DNA of 64,000 nt from Trichosphaerium sp. ATCC 40318 (taxonomy: Eukaryota > Protista > Tubulinea). Positions within the stretch are counted from its first letter, which is position 1; the number at the start of each line of letters is the position of its first letter. Location of the stretch: positions 62,001 through 126,000 of the forward strand of contig JALMLS010000612.1 in the NCBI GenBank assembly GCA_038496445.1, in the 5' to 3' direction. Positions 49,572 to 62,276 of the stretch are shown here, piece after piece. The position numbers were made by a program, and so were the translations under genes. The notes under the pieces were generated by a model. That model was given only the letters and a program-made list of their open reading frames with translations, searched no databases and was not told where the DNA came from.

Positions 49572-52082
49572 ATGGGACAGCAAGTACCAAAGATTGCACT
49601 AGAGAAATGTATAATAACGAACAGTGTGCAAAACACAATGTTAACCGACTAATAGTTAGTGAGCATGAAATAGAACAGTTGGAGCTAAACTACAGGAAGC
49701 TTATTGCAAGGAAAAAGACTGGGTCAAGGTTTCACATTCGAGATAACCTCAAGAGCACCTTCACGGATAGGGGACTTGATAGAAAGGAGTTTAAACAACA
49801 TTTCTTTAAAAGTACACTATTTGTAACCAACTCCTTCTGACATGCGTACAAGAATACCCGGAGCTAGCTGATGCACTGTATGCCGCGTTTGATACTGAAA
49901 AAACAGGTTCAATAGACTTTCAGTGCGTTTATCGTACTTCTGCTGCATTTTAAGTATGTTAGGCACTTCGCAGCTGGTATGGCATTATGCTCAAAGGGTT
50001 ATAATCACGAAAAATACAACCGTAAGCTAAAACCTGCTAATTCTTTATTTTTGTTTTTTTCAACAAACAAAACACAACTTGACGCCTGATCTCTACCCGA
50101 TTGTTAATTTTCCTAGTCCTTTTTAATATGTTTGACAAGGATTGTAGTGGATCTATTGACGTTAAAGAACTAGAGTACGGGAATTATGTTTGTTGAACAA
50201 ACACGTGCTGACTTGCTATAGGGCGTTGTTTAGCAGTACTTTGTTTGCCACTGATAAAATCGTAAAAGCCGCTGTTGAGACATTTGAACAACGTGCGTTC
50301 ATATGTTATTCCCTTATGTTTTTAAAGTGTATTTTGCTTATAATTTTTAGAGAATGAGAACACATACTTGGAAGCACTTTATGACTATACAGCTTCTTCT
50401 GCAAACGAAATGTCATTTAAGAAAAATGATATTTTAGTACTTCATAAAAAATTTGATAATGTTTGGTGGTGGGCACAGAGTGGTTCAACAAAAGGATATG
50501 TGCCATCAAACTATGTTAAAATAGTCGAAGATAATGCATCAATCAAGGATAGGATACCAAAACGTGCTGGTGAGTACCTTAGCGACCAAAAGGGTTTTTT
50601 TGGGCAAATCGTTGCTGTTTATTGACTTCTTTGTTTTTTTTTCTAGGTGCTTCAAACCTTGACTTGAAAACTACTGCAAAAAAGCTAGCCCAAAAAGTAA
50701 TGAAAGAAGCTGACGGAAATAATTCACAACAAATCTCTAGAGAAGAATGTACGCACAATATGTTTGACTTGTTAAATACTAGTCTAGTAACGCTTTGTGC
50801 CTACAGGGAAAACTTGGGCTGCAACGTCTTATGAAGTGTCTATCATGTTAAAGGAATTTGATCACTTTGAGCTTCCAATTCCTGGCTGTGCGTAAAAGAA
50901 AGCAAACTATTACTTTTTTGGTTTATTTTTTTGGGTTTGGTCTGATTTCTTGTTTTTTTTCTCTAGCGTTTGCCATATCATCACCTACACAGTTCGCACA
51001 TAGAACACATTTGAGTGGTTCAGGTAACTTTGGTGTTGATGAATTACCTGCAGAATGGAAGGACCTTTTAAAACAAGCTGGTATTTCAAAGAAAGAAGCT
51101 CAGGTACTTTGTTTGTTCAGCTTAAGATCTCAGTTTAGTGACGATGTGATTAGGATCCAGAAGTTCAAAAGATGGTTCTTGGTATTGTAGCAGAGCATGT
51201 ACCAAATGCAAAAGAGAACTCTCAGGTTCGTTCAAAGCAGAGGAGCATCATAAGATTCTAACTTTTTTTTTGAAGGCTAAAAAAAGACCTACAGCAGAAC
51301 ATGGTACTTCTACGCCACCTACGGTACCTCCTAAGCGTCATAAGCCATTACCAAAACCGTAAGTAATATTTAAGACCAATTAATCGTTATACTAACAACT
51401 TGTTATAGTGGTAAACCTCATAAACCAGTTAAACCAAACAGGGTACATTATCAAAAACAATTTGCCGTGTTTGATAGTTTTTTAGAAACCACGACCTCCA
51501 CCAAAGAGGCCTGAATCAAAGCCTAAATACAAGCCAGAACCAAATTTAACTACCACTGGACCACCGCCACCACCGCCTGTTCCACAACCTGTTGCAAAGG
51601 TTGAGCCTGTTGCGACTACATCTCCTACACCTGCTGCACCTAAGCGTCCTGCGGTTGGAGGATTTCTTGCTGAAATACAAACTGGAAAGAAGCTACATCA
51701 TACTGAAGTTAATGAAGATAAGCCAGAACCAACAGATTCTAACCCATTACTTGCTGGTATTAAGAATTTCTCAAAGAAGAAACTCGTACACGTGCGTAAC
51801 AAAAGATTTTTGTTTACTGTTAGTGTATTTTTTTGATTAACTCGTTTGGATTAGGTTGATCCAGAAGATGCTGACCTTAAGCAGCTTGACGATCAACAAT
51901 TGAATGGCTTAGCAGGTCTTCTAAGTAAAGCAATTGCATCGAGACGAGAGTTTATGACAGAGAGCACAAGTAAGTTCGATTGCCATAAAAAACTTGATAT
52001 TGGTTTACTATTGTTCACCTCTTAATATTTTTGTACAGATAATGCTGATGAAGACGAAGATGACGAAGAGTGGTCTGATTGA
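49572..52082 (+). CDS. WASP-family Arp2/3 activator with N-terminal NCS/recoverin-like EF-hand domain containing an inserted SH3, then CRIB, Pro-rich, WH2-WH2, C and acidic domains
   Basis: MGQQVPK; EF loops DTEKTGSIDFQH, DKDCSGSIDVKE, DGNNSQQISREE; SH3 ALYDY...WW...GYVPSNYV; CRIB ISSPTQFAHRTH..LPAEWK; FLAEIQTGKKLHH, LLAGIKNFSKKKL; LSKAIASRR; ends DEDDEEWSD*. Confidence 0.88.
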
Positions 52083-52228
52083 TGTATTACAATATTGTCC
52101 TATAAATAAGAACCCAACAACTGCTCATGTTACCGTCTTTTTTGGATTTATCTCATAAACAAAGTTGTTTTCAACTGTTTGAGGGGTTGACTATTTTATT
52201 TCTTTAATATTACACTAGTATTACAATT

Positions 52229-55200
52229 TTACTTAGTTTCTAGAAGGCTAGTTTGTGCTTGTGTATTATACTTATCAAGTATTTTTATAATACGTTCAAA
52301 AGAAGGCCTTTCATCAGGATCGAAAGACCAACATTCAAGCAACAGACTTGCAAGCCATGAAGGTGTACGTGGTGGGAGTATAGGGTGATAGCCTTCATCA
52401 CGAATCTTTGTTAAAGTAGTCAAAATATCTTGGTGTGAGGCATGTGGTTCCTTTCCTGCCTGTTTGAGAAACACGTGATTAGAAATACAGTGGCTTGAAG
52501 AAAAGTTTAAAGTTTTACCAGTAATTCGTATGCTACACATCCAAACATCCATGTATCTGAAGCTATGGAGTATGTTCGCTTTAAAGACTCTGGTGCCATC
52601 CACCTAGAATATTGAAATTAGTATGGACGACAATAACAGAAAGTACGGTTTGACTGAAAGTTCGTTTGAAAAAGCGTACCTGACAGGTCCTACAGTTGTT
52701 TTAGTCTTGCCTTCACCTGATCTAACAGTTCTAGAAAACCCAAAATCTGATACCTTAGGTATCAGTGTATTATTAGATTCTTGTAAAAGAATATTTCTAC
52801 ACGCCAAGTCCCTGTAACAACAATGTCAAAAGGTTGTTTTCATGCCAATATTTTGCTATCTACCTGTGAATAATTTTCTCCTTGTGTATGTGTAGTACGC
52901 CACGTGCTATACCTAATAACATGGAATGACACGTCTCAATACTAATTAGAGGCCTTGAAAAAGCTATAGCATCTAGAGACCCTCCAGAAAGGAACCTGCA
53001 TTGTATGAATCAATAAACGGTTAAACCAAAACTAGGAACAAAAGAAGAAACTTACTCCATAACAATAGCTGTTGTAGTTTCATCTAGTATTATGCCATAC
53101 ATTTGAACTACGTTTGGATGTGGTCTTTGATTCATAACACTAATTTCGGATACAAAGTCAGCAAGTACTTCTTGCTGTACTTGTAATCCTGTTTTCACAG
53201 CAACATGAATGGCTCTCCACTTCCTTTTGATAAAACAACTTATTGATACAATTCTTGTGCTAATTAACGTGTCTTACCCTTTATGTACGACCCCGTAGTT
53301 ACCTCTACCTAACTCTGTACCTATTAAGACTTCGCTAGAGTCAATCTTCCATCTCTTAAGAGCATCGTTTCCGTTATCTTTCTCATACTTATCACAAACA
53401 CTACGAATAGCTTCTTCTTTTGTTTCAAGCGATGTGTTGTCGTATACAGTCGCCTCTAGAAGCATAAAGTTAAAACACACCAGATCGCTAGTAAATTCTG
53501 AAGAAAAGAATCGTATATCGCTGTAGTAGCAACTAGGGACGATTTAGGATTTTTTTAATCTTACCAATACTATATCTCTTTTTGGTTTTAATAACAATAA
53601 CGACTGTAATGATGGCGATGATTATAATCACTGGTATAGCCACACCAAAAAATATAGGTAATATATTTCGCACATCCTCTTGTATTTGATTATTTTGAGG
53701 CCGTTCTGTGGGTGGTACAGGCGGAAGAATATCAACTAGTTAAGAAAAAAATGAGAATTTGGATGTAAATGAAAAAAAAAAAGATACATACGTTGCCAAT
53801 GTTGGACGTATGGTAATGCGTCTGAAGATAGAAATTGATTCGTAAAAGTAACCCAAAGTGAATTTACGCTTTCTATTATTATATCTCCAGGCACTATCAT
53901 TGCAGGCGTTAGGTAACAGATACTTCTTTGCTTTTTTTGTTTTGGTTGCTGGAGAAAATTACGTACTTCCAACAGCGAATATGCCTCCATCAGTGATGCC
54001 TTCAGATACGTATAATAATTCTACTTCATCTCGGCCTTTAATAACCAAGTAGAAAGGCTCATATCCACGTGGTGTAAGACCTCCAAAAGCGTACCCGAGA
54101 ACGCACATGTCTCCTTCAGGGTGTATTGAATAAGGGCCGAAACCGTGGATGTATAGATTTCCTATATCTACATCTACGAGTTCTATATTATAATACTCTT
54201 GTATGTTATCAACGGTGTAGTTAAACATGTGTATTGTAGCTAATACAAACAATTAAACAAATAACAAAGCTGGGTTCTGAAAAGAAAAAAGTGTGAGGAA
54301 AATCATTATCACTACCTTTAATAGATGTAAGTAAGACTTCGGCTATTATTTGGGGTGATTGAATGATCGGGTTAGTCAAACCTATATAAAATCGTAAATA
54401 TTGATCACGTGATGTTTTTACGTACTAACTACGAGCTGTTCTTTGTTCTCGATTTGTGTAAAAAAGAAATGAGATAAAAATTTAAGGTCAAGCCTATCTC
54501 CTTTTGTGTTGTTTATAGGGTTTATAATGGGCCCAATATCATTAAAATTCGTATCTAATGTCTTGATAAATAATTGATCTCCTTCAAGCCAACCCATTAC
54601 AAGACTTTGTCCATTCAATACAATCTTTGGACTTGTTATTGAGGCGTTTCTTAGAATAATCCTTTCATTCGTAATAACATCTCTCTCGATTCTTCGGAGA
54701 TGTAATACTGTATCATTTACATACTTCACATCAACTATAATACATGTAGTATTATCTTCGAACACTTCAAAATCCATTAACTGACGAAACAGAAAATCAG
54801 AGTTCTTCCTTTAAAAACAGAATTAATAACATCATTTAATTTAAAGTGATACATCGCTGCAATAGAAAACCGTACCACGAGCTTGATGAGTACAAGAACG
54901 TATTGTTGTATGAATTAGAGAATTTTTCTCTAAGCAGTTGATGAAAAAGTAAAAAATGTGTCAGTAACACAGCAGTCAGCTACTCGCCTGAAACTGCCGT
55001 ATGTGATACTTTAAGGTTTGTATTTCAACAGGAAGATCGAAACAGATATGCACAATAAGTACATTAAACGCAATTATCATAGAAAATATGTGCCGTGATC
55101 TTTTCAGCAAAAAAGGAACTTTAAATTCCTTTTTTAAGAGCATCAACACCTTTTTCCGTCGAATGAATAGGCCAAATCTGCTTAAACAGTGATGTACTAC

Positions 55201-56350
55201 TTATCCCTGAGGTGAGGTCGCAAACAACACCGTTTATTAAACAATTTTGTTCACTATCTTATGCAACATCCCAAACAGCCAAAAATGATGTATTGTATTC
55301 AACATGCGCGTGTAGTATGTATGTATCATTTTTGGCTGTTTGGGATGTTGCATAAGTTAGAAAGAGGAAAAACACTGTAAACATTTTTAGAAAAAGTGCC
55401 CTACAACAAATAAAAAGCGTTTAGCTCGGTTTTATATCGCTAATCAAGATCAATAAGCGGAACTTGACGTTTTTAGCGGAGCCACAACTATCATTTTAGT
55501 GTGCACACTCAGGTTCGATGCAATAGTACTCTTTATACACTTTCAAGGTATAAATGATGAACAATAAAAACCTAGCGAGAAGATTTTCACATCTTACAAT
55601 AACGTCGTACCATAAAAACAGTAAAACGTATTTATTTTTTTACACGGCTACAGGTTTATATTAAGCTCTCATACTTACTGTGTAGATCCAAAGCATATAG
55701 TGCTTACACCATAGCACATTCAACTGCTTAGCGAAAAAGTCTCTAGTTGATATACTTAAATCTGTCGAATATACAAACTGTCTAGAGCCTCCAAAGTTCT
55801 CAATTAGCAAGTGAAATATATGGATACAATGTATTGTGTCTGAGGAAGTGAATGTGCAATACAGCAATCTCCCAGCACCTTCACCACTAAACGATGATAT
55901 GGAATCAATACTGGGATCATATGAAGATGTCACTCCAAGCGGCCTAGACCAGAGTTAGAGAGAAATCCTCCAAAACGCTAAAACAACTTCTTTTTCCTAA
56001 AAAAATGTAAAGTTACCAGCAATCATTTAGTTGAGTAATATTCTTCCTGTCGCTCATACGTTTAGAGTTATACACGTAGTAATATTTATGCTACTACTTC
56101 GCAATTCTACGACGCTCATAAAATAATAATCATCATCTGTGCTATTTAATACTGATATTGGTGTAAACGAGTTGTCTAGGTCCACTACAGCTAGTTTAGG
56201 CGTACGAAATGGTTTACATTTAAAAATTGGATAAAACAGTATTAATTTACCTGTTGTTGTTCTTAAAGTAGTCGTTGGGTACTGTGCATTGCATACAATT
56301 AGCAGTATAGCTGTAATCAGTATTTTCGAATATATTAGCTGTAAGCTCAT
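52229..56350 (-). CDS. Receptor-type tyrosine kinase (signal peptide, ectodomain, TM helix, TK domain)
   Basis: Signal ILITAILLIVCNA; TM IFFGVAIPVIIIIAIITVVIVI (~53590-53660); LGRGNYG, VAVK, HRDLACRN, SDFG, PVRWMAPE, CW..DP..RPSF; ectodomain exon joins approximate. Confidence 0.82.
55254..55360 (+). ncRNA. Long near-perfect hairpin (candidate pre-miRNA/hpRNA, or MITE-like inverted repeat) within the RTK locus
   Basis: 32-bp perfect inverted repeat 55258-55289 / 55325-55356, extendable by G-U pairs on the + strand. Confidence 0.5.
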
Positions 56351-56722
56351 CACATGGGTATCTTTTTCAATTAAGATCTGACCTTTGATTGTTTCGTAAA
56401 TACTACCAAAGATACTAAAGAAATTCAATTCCTACTTTGGATTGTTGGGATAAAACTTGCCGAAAACTTGGCTTGTTTACTACATTGGACTTATAGCCTT
56501 GTAACTATAACATACAGTGTAACTGTACTACTCTCCTAGCTCACCCAAAAAGTCCCCAAAGACAGTTGTTCACAGAAGCATTTAAACGGAGCGAAGCACT
56601 TCAACCAACGATTATAAATAAAGTTGTGATGCACAATTTCACCCTTCTACGAATAATAATTTAAACGAGTTACGCCGTGACAGTCGTACAATTAGATAAT
56701 ATGGGGTACGTATGAGGGCCGT

Positions 56723-58611
56723 CTAGGACTTTATTATTGGTGTTTCGCCGGTTATAAGCACCATTACAACAGCGTGACTTTCAACAGCCGCAGAATATCC
56801 GCTCTGGAACGATCCCAAGTCTTTGTGTGCTATAATATCCCTCACCTACTACTTTTAGCTACTAATTCTTAAATACGCGTTCGAATACCTTGTGAGCGCC
56901 CCCTTGAAGACCCAGTTCCTCCCACGTTACAGAAATGGTTTGTTTCGTAGTACCACGGTTAAACAGGACAGCAGCGTATCTGCCTAAACAAAAATACTGA
57001 GATGACGCACAAGAGTCGTTTTGTCAATAGCGTTTTTTTAGCGTACCATCGACTGATAACAACTTTCCCCATACTTCAAGATTATCTTTAGAATATATCC
57101 TATCTCCAGCACACCCAGAAAATGGATTTTTTTGATAACACAATTGGTTTACCTTTCAACAATGTTTTAACAAATTCTTACTTTTTTCTCAAAATCAAAA
57201 ACTGTTTTGTTTTCTTTTACAATCTCGATACGTACCTCGATTACTTCCTTTGAAAAAATGTGTTAATGAGGATTTAGTATTATTAGTTAACAGCTTAAAT
57301 TGTAATTACCGACAAGAAAAGGTTACCTTGTTTGTTAAAATGTCCAAGATTTCTTTTGACATATTACGAAGATCATTTCCAGCAATCAGTGGAGAAGACG
57401 TTATAGCCCACAAAGCAAACTGTGACTGTGATTCTACAACTGTAATGCCAGAATTACCTACTTCCTAACGAATAAACTGTAAGCTTCAAAGACGATGAGC
57501 ACCTGTACCAAGAAATCAGGGTCATTCCATGCTACAAAACAGTCAGAAAGTTCCTTTGAAAATGCAAGCAACGTGCCTCCTGGAGTTGCTTGATAACTGC
57601 GGCCTGCAAGGGTGTCTAAGTTAAACATTATGTCATCCCAATTATCTTGAATATCTCTTGAACTACGCCACATATTCGCTATACTAGGACACCACGTGAC
57701 ATTCGAGTCCTACAGGTATGATTCAGGTTAAAAGAAAAGAGGTAAATAAGTACCTTTGTTTCGCATCCGTTATGACAATTACTGATGAGGATAGGGCGTT
57801 TGTTTGCTGCTATCAAATCTCTCCAACGCTTCATAATCACGTATGGGTTCTCCTTTACACCACATGCATCAATCTTAAGCATATCAGATCCAATATAGGC
57901 TTGTGAGCAACTTAGTAAACAAACCACGAGATATAATATCAAGTACCAAAGAGCTTTGAGTCTTGTACTTCATAGCCTTCACTTGCTGGTACGTCTTTGT
58001 TGCAAAAATACTTGCCTGCATCTACAAGAAATACCTTTTAGTACAGAATTCACTCACGTGATCACAGGGTACCGGTGTACATTCCCCACTTGAGGCCCAG
58101 GGCATGTATTTTATCGATCATTGGTTTAAGACCATTTGGGAACTTTTGTTGGTTTATCTGCATGTATCCGCTTGAGTTGCGGATAGCATGACCAGTGTCA
58201 CTTCCTTACAACACGTCAGGTATCATCAACACAGCAAATGCATACCTGCCCACCAGCCACCATCAATGTTGATGTACTCATATCCAACATCCTTAATAAA
58301 TTTTTCATGTCAGACAAAAAAGTCACTAAACTTTTCGTAGCCAAGAAAAACTTTTATGCGCTTTTTTTTTGGAGCTGATTGCTTTGTACCTTCATCCCAT
58401 TAGTTGCCATAGCCTGCGCTGTCTGTAGGAATAAATCTTCGTCAATGTTACGATGAAAATGATTCCAAGAGCTCCAACCCATTGGTGGCGTTCTAAGGCG
58501 ATAAGTTAGCTCTTAATAGCTGCGTTAAAACTGCTTTAACCTTGCTAGTCCATTATCAAGCGCTGTAACGCATAAAATAACTACTAATAACACTGCTAGA
58601 AGTCGTATCAT
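56723..58611 (-). CDS. Secreted/lysosomal GH27 alpha-galactosidase-family glycoside hydrolase
   Basis: Signal peptide then [44 protein letters not shown], nucleophile [36 protein letters not shown]. Confidence 0.93.
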
Positions 58612-59257
58612 CTGGGTAAGTCTCAAAGACCAAATGATGGGGGTCTATCGCTTAAAAAATGTGCACTATCACGTGGTTAGTCTTAAGGGCCTCTGGGCGA
58701 TTTTTCGAACCCGTTTTAAAACCTTGAAAAATCATGTTTTTTCCATTTTTCTTTTTTGAACGTGTAGAAAATGGGTGTATCTGTAGCAATTAAAACAGCC
58801 ATTTGGTAATATTTTTTTGAAAGCGTGCAATTCATAACGAAAATTTTACCGTGCCCAGTTTTCAATACATGATCGCTATGTAACCAAAACGCTCCGGTTA
58901 AAATTACAGGTTGGACCAAGTTGGCCGTCCTGAGTTATTTCAAAAACACTACCATTTTCGTTTAAATTACTGTTACCAGAATGGTAATTTTCTAAAACAC
59001 GTGACTGTGAAAAGTACGCTGCCAATGGTCTAAAATCAGAAAATAAGGATGTGCATATCTAACAAGTAAAATTAGAGGACGTTCCACTTAAACAACAGTT
59101 TATTTTCGACTACTCTACCTAGTGCCACTGCTACGCTTGCAGCAATTACATTATTACTAGTTGGGACTACAACAAATAAAACGATGGGCAGAAAACGGAA
59201 GACCATTGGAATTGGCATTCCGTACGCTTTAGCGTCAATGCTTACCTAAGGTATCCC

Positions 59258-61296
59258 ATGAGCGGTGATAATCTCCCTATACATGAAATAAGCGCTTTTA
59301 AATCGCCTGGAAAAGTATTGGTGGTTAAGTTTAATCGTATCCTCTCAAAACTTCTTTAATACCTTCCACACGAAACGCTCCTTGATTTTATATAGACAAT
59401 GGCGAATATTGTCTTGGCGGTGGTGGAGACAAGCTTATACACCTGTGGAACCCATACAAAGGGACTCTAATCAAATCTTACAAGGGTCACGGCTACGAAA
59501 TTAACGATATTGACGTGTAAGCACAATTTTAAACTAAAATGCGTTTTTTCATCTCCACACGCAACAAATAATCAAATAAAACCTTCTTATCTAACTTTTA
59601 TAAAGAAATAATGATAATTCTCAAATAATCTCTTGTGGCGGCGATAAAGCTCCTTTTTTATGGGATGTAAGTACCGGACGTGTACTACGTAAGTTTCAAG
59701 GACATGTATCTGTACGTTAAAGAAAAAAAAAAACTTGGGACCTGTCATTGCGCTTTTTTGACACATTGCATTTTTTTCATTGCGTGTCACTTCTCTTCTT
59801 TTTTTTTTTTTGTTGACACATTGTATTTTTTATGTAGAGGATAAATTGTATTTCGTTTAACAGCGATTGTTCTTGCTTTGCTACTGGTTCTTATGATAAA
59901 ATGCTTAAAATATGGGATGTAAAGTCACGTAATTTTAGACCTATACAGACAATGGAGGATGCTATGGATAGTATTTCGTCTTTGTATATTTATAATTACG
60001 AAATAATAACAGGGTACGTATTTTGACGTCAAAACAAACAAAAAAATGACGGCGACATACGAGTGGTTCTTTTTCTTGAAACTTGTTTTTGATCTTTTTC
60101 TGGAACTCTTTTTATCTGCTTGGTTACGAAAAGGCAATGAAAAATGATGTTATTGTTGTGTCGTGCAGTGAAGCGGTAGTTCTTTTTGTGGATTTTTTTT
60201 TCGAACATTAGTTTGTACAGAAAACAACCATGGTCAGAAGAAATTTGAACTTTTTTCATACTTTCTTAAAACCAAACGGCACAAAGTTTATCATAATTTT
60301 GTTATCATATAACAGTACATTTTAATGAATAGAATGAAAAAATAAGTAGAGAATATGTGCGTTGCAATTGCTATAAAAGTAAATCTTCCTAATAAGGCGT
60401 ACAGGAAACGTTACTTTCTTTTTACATTATTTTCTTCTTTATCAAGATGTTTATTTTCAATGAGCCTTCTTTGGTAGTAATTGCTTGGTGTCAAAGTATT
60501 TATAAATACTCAAAATATACGAAAACTGGCGTGCTTCAAAGTTTTATCTGGATAAAACAAAAATCCACTAAGTCGTAACTTTACCCAAAAATTTTCGAAT
60601 AAAAACCGAATACCTGTTAACACTCACGTTTTATGTAGGAGTGTAGATGGAAGGCTTAGAACATACGATATACGTATGGGAGAGTTACGGACAGACGTTA
60701 TTGATGGTACGAAAATGTGAATATTTCTTTTTGTTTGCTGTTTTTTTTTTTAGTCCGTTCCTTCTCATGAGTTTTTGTAGAAGCTGTTACTTCTGTATGC
60801 ATGTCAAATGATGGAAATATTATACTAGCAGGAACTCTAGGTATGAGACAATATAACATGTTATGCCTAAGAATTCAACAACTAATGTGAAAACCTTTTT
60901 ACGAGTTGTTTTCTTTTTCTTAGCTTTACTCTTTTTTTTCTCGCCTGTTCGAGAATAATGTCTGCAATTCCTTTGTAACTAATAAGACGCTACTTAGACA
61001 GCACTATAAGACTACTTGACAAGTCAGATGGCACACTATACAGCGAATACACAGGACATGTGAACAAAGAATTCAAGATAACGTCTATGTTTACCGGAGA
61101 TGACGCATACGTTGTGAGCGGTTCAGAGGATGGAAAGATAGTTTATTGGAGTCTTGAGACAGCAGATAAAGTCGGGGAAATACAAAAACATAGAGGTTTA
61201 GTATGTGGGTTAGATCATCACCCAGAGAAACCTATTATAGTATCTGCAGGCGTAGACAAACAAGTAAGGCTATGGGGAACGTCTAAAAAAAAATAA
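59258..61296 (+). CDS. WDR83: WD40 protein WDR83/MORG1
   Basis: NGEYCLGGGGDKLIHLWNP, YKGHGYEI, GSVDGRLRTYDIRMG, LDSTIRLLDK..G...EYTGHVN, VVSGSEDGKI. Confidence 0.88.
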
Positions 61297-62276
61297 ACGT
61301 AATTATGTAAAATCCGCGTTTTTTGAATATACTCCATTGTATGCCCTTAAACTATCTTCTACGATATTGCGTATGCGTACAAACGTGTAAAATAACTCGT
61401 ACACGCCAAATACTGCATGTAACAAAGAAGAAAAAACTACTTCCTTTAGTATACAATAAATCCTGCGAAAACACCGGCATTTCAGCGCATTAAGGTATAG
61501 ATATATTACAACATCGATAAAAGGCAGAATTCTGGCCTCTGGCTTACTCTTTCTGGACCAAAAAAAACCAAAAAAATGCTATTCTGACTTTCTGTACCTC
61601 CAGAAAACATTCCGGCGTTTTGAGTTTATAGTCTCAAATACGTTTACAGTCACTATAGCTATCGTTTAAGGGTAAAATTAGTTGTGGTGTGCGTTTGCGT
61701 AAAACCCGACAATACAAAAAAACCGTCAGGATTGCGACGAAACTACCGCCATGTTGTTTACTACGCGTATATACACCCTCTGAAGCATTTTCTGTACCTT
61801 CATTCTATTTATGCAAGGTTTCACTTTTCATTCCTTTTCAATGCAGCATTTGTACTGTAAAATGTTACAATGTGACCTAAAATAAACGGTGGAAACAAAT
61901 AAACCGCCCTTGGGCCCTTTTTTGTCGCGCAATTCATTATTCGAAAAAGTTGGTTTTCGAGAAATGCTGCCTTCCTCCGGTGGTCCTTCAGAACGCTATC
62001 ATCATCTTTATTATAAATACATATACAACACGCCAATACAGTTCACATGCACGCTCCCTTCGCTTTCCTAAAAAGTATCATCTTCCGGAAAGCTTTAAAC
62101 TCTTTTAAAACTCTTTTAACTATTTGATTTATTATCTATTATTACTTGTTTAATGATAACAGGAGCAAAATCCTGTGTAAAAAAAATCGTAAAATTATTT
62201 TGTCAGAATATCACAAATATTTAACAACAACACAAGCAACGCAACACAAGCTAGAAAACAACTCAAACTATATAAA

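Noticed and set aside
61689-62071. Short overlapping ORFs upstream of the WRKY gene
   Set aside because: No domain signal or splice support; probably promoter DNA.
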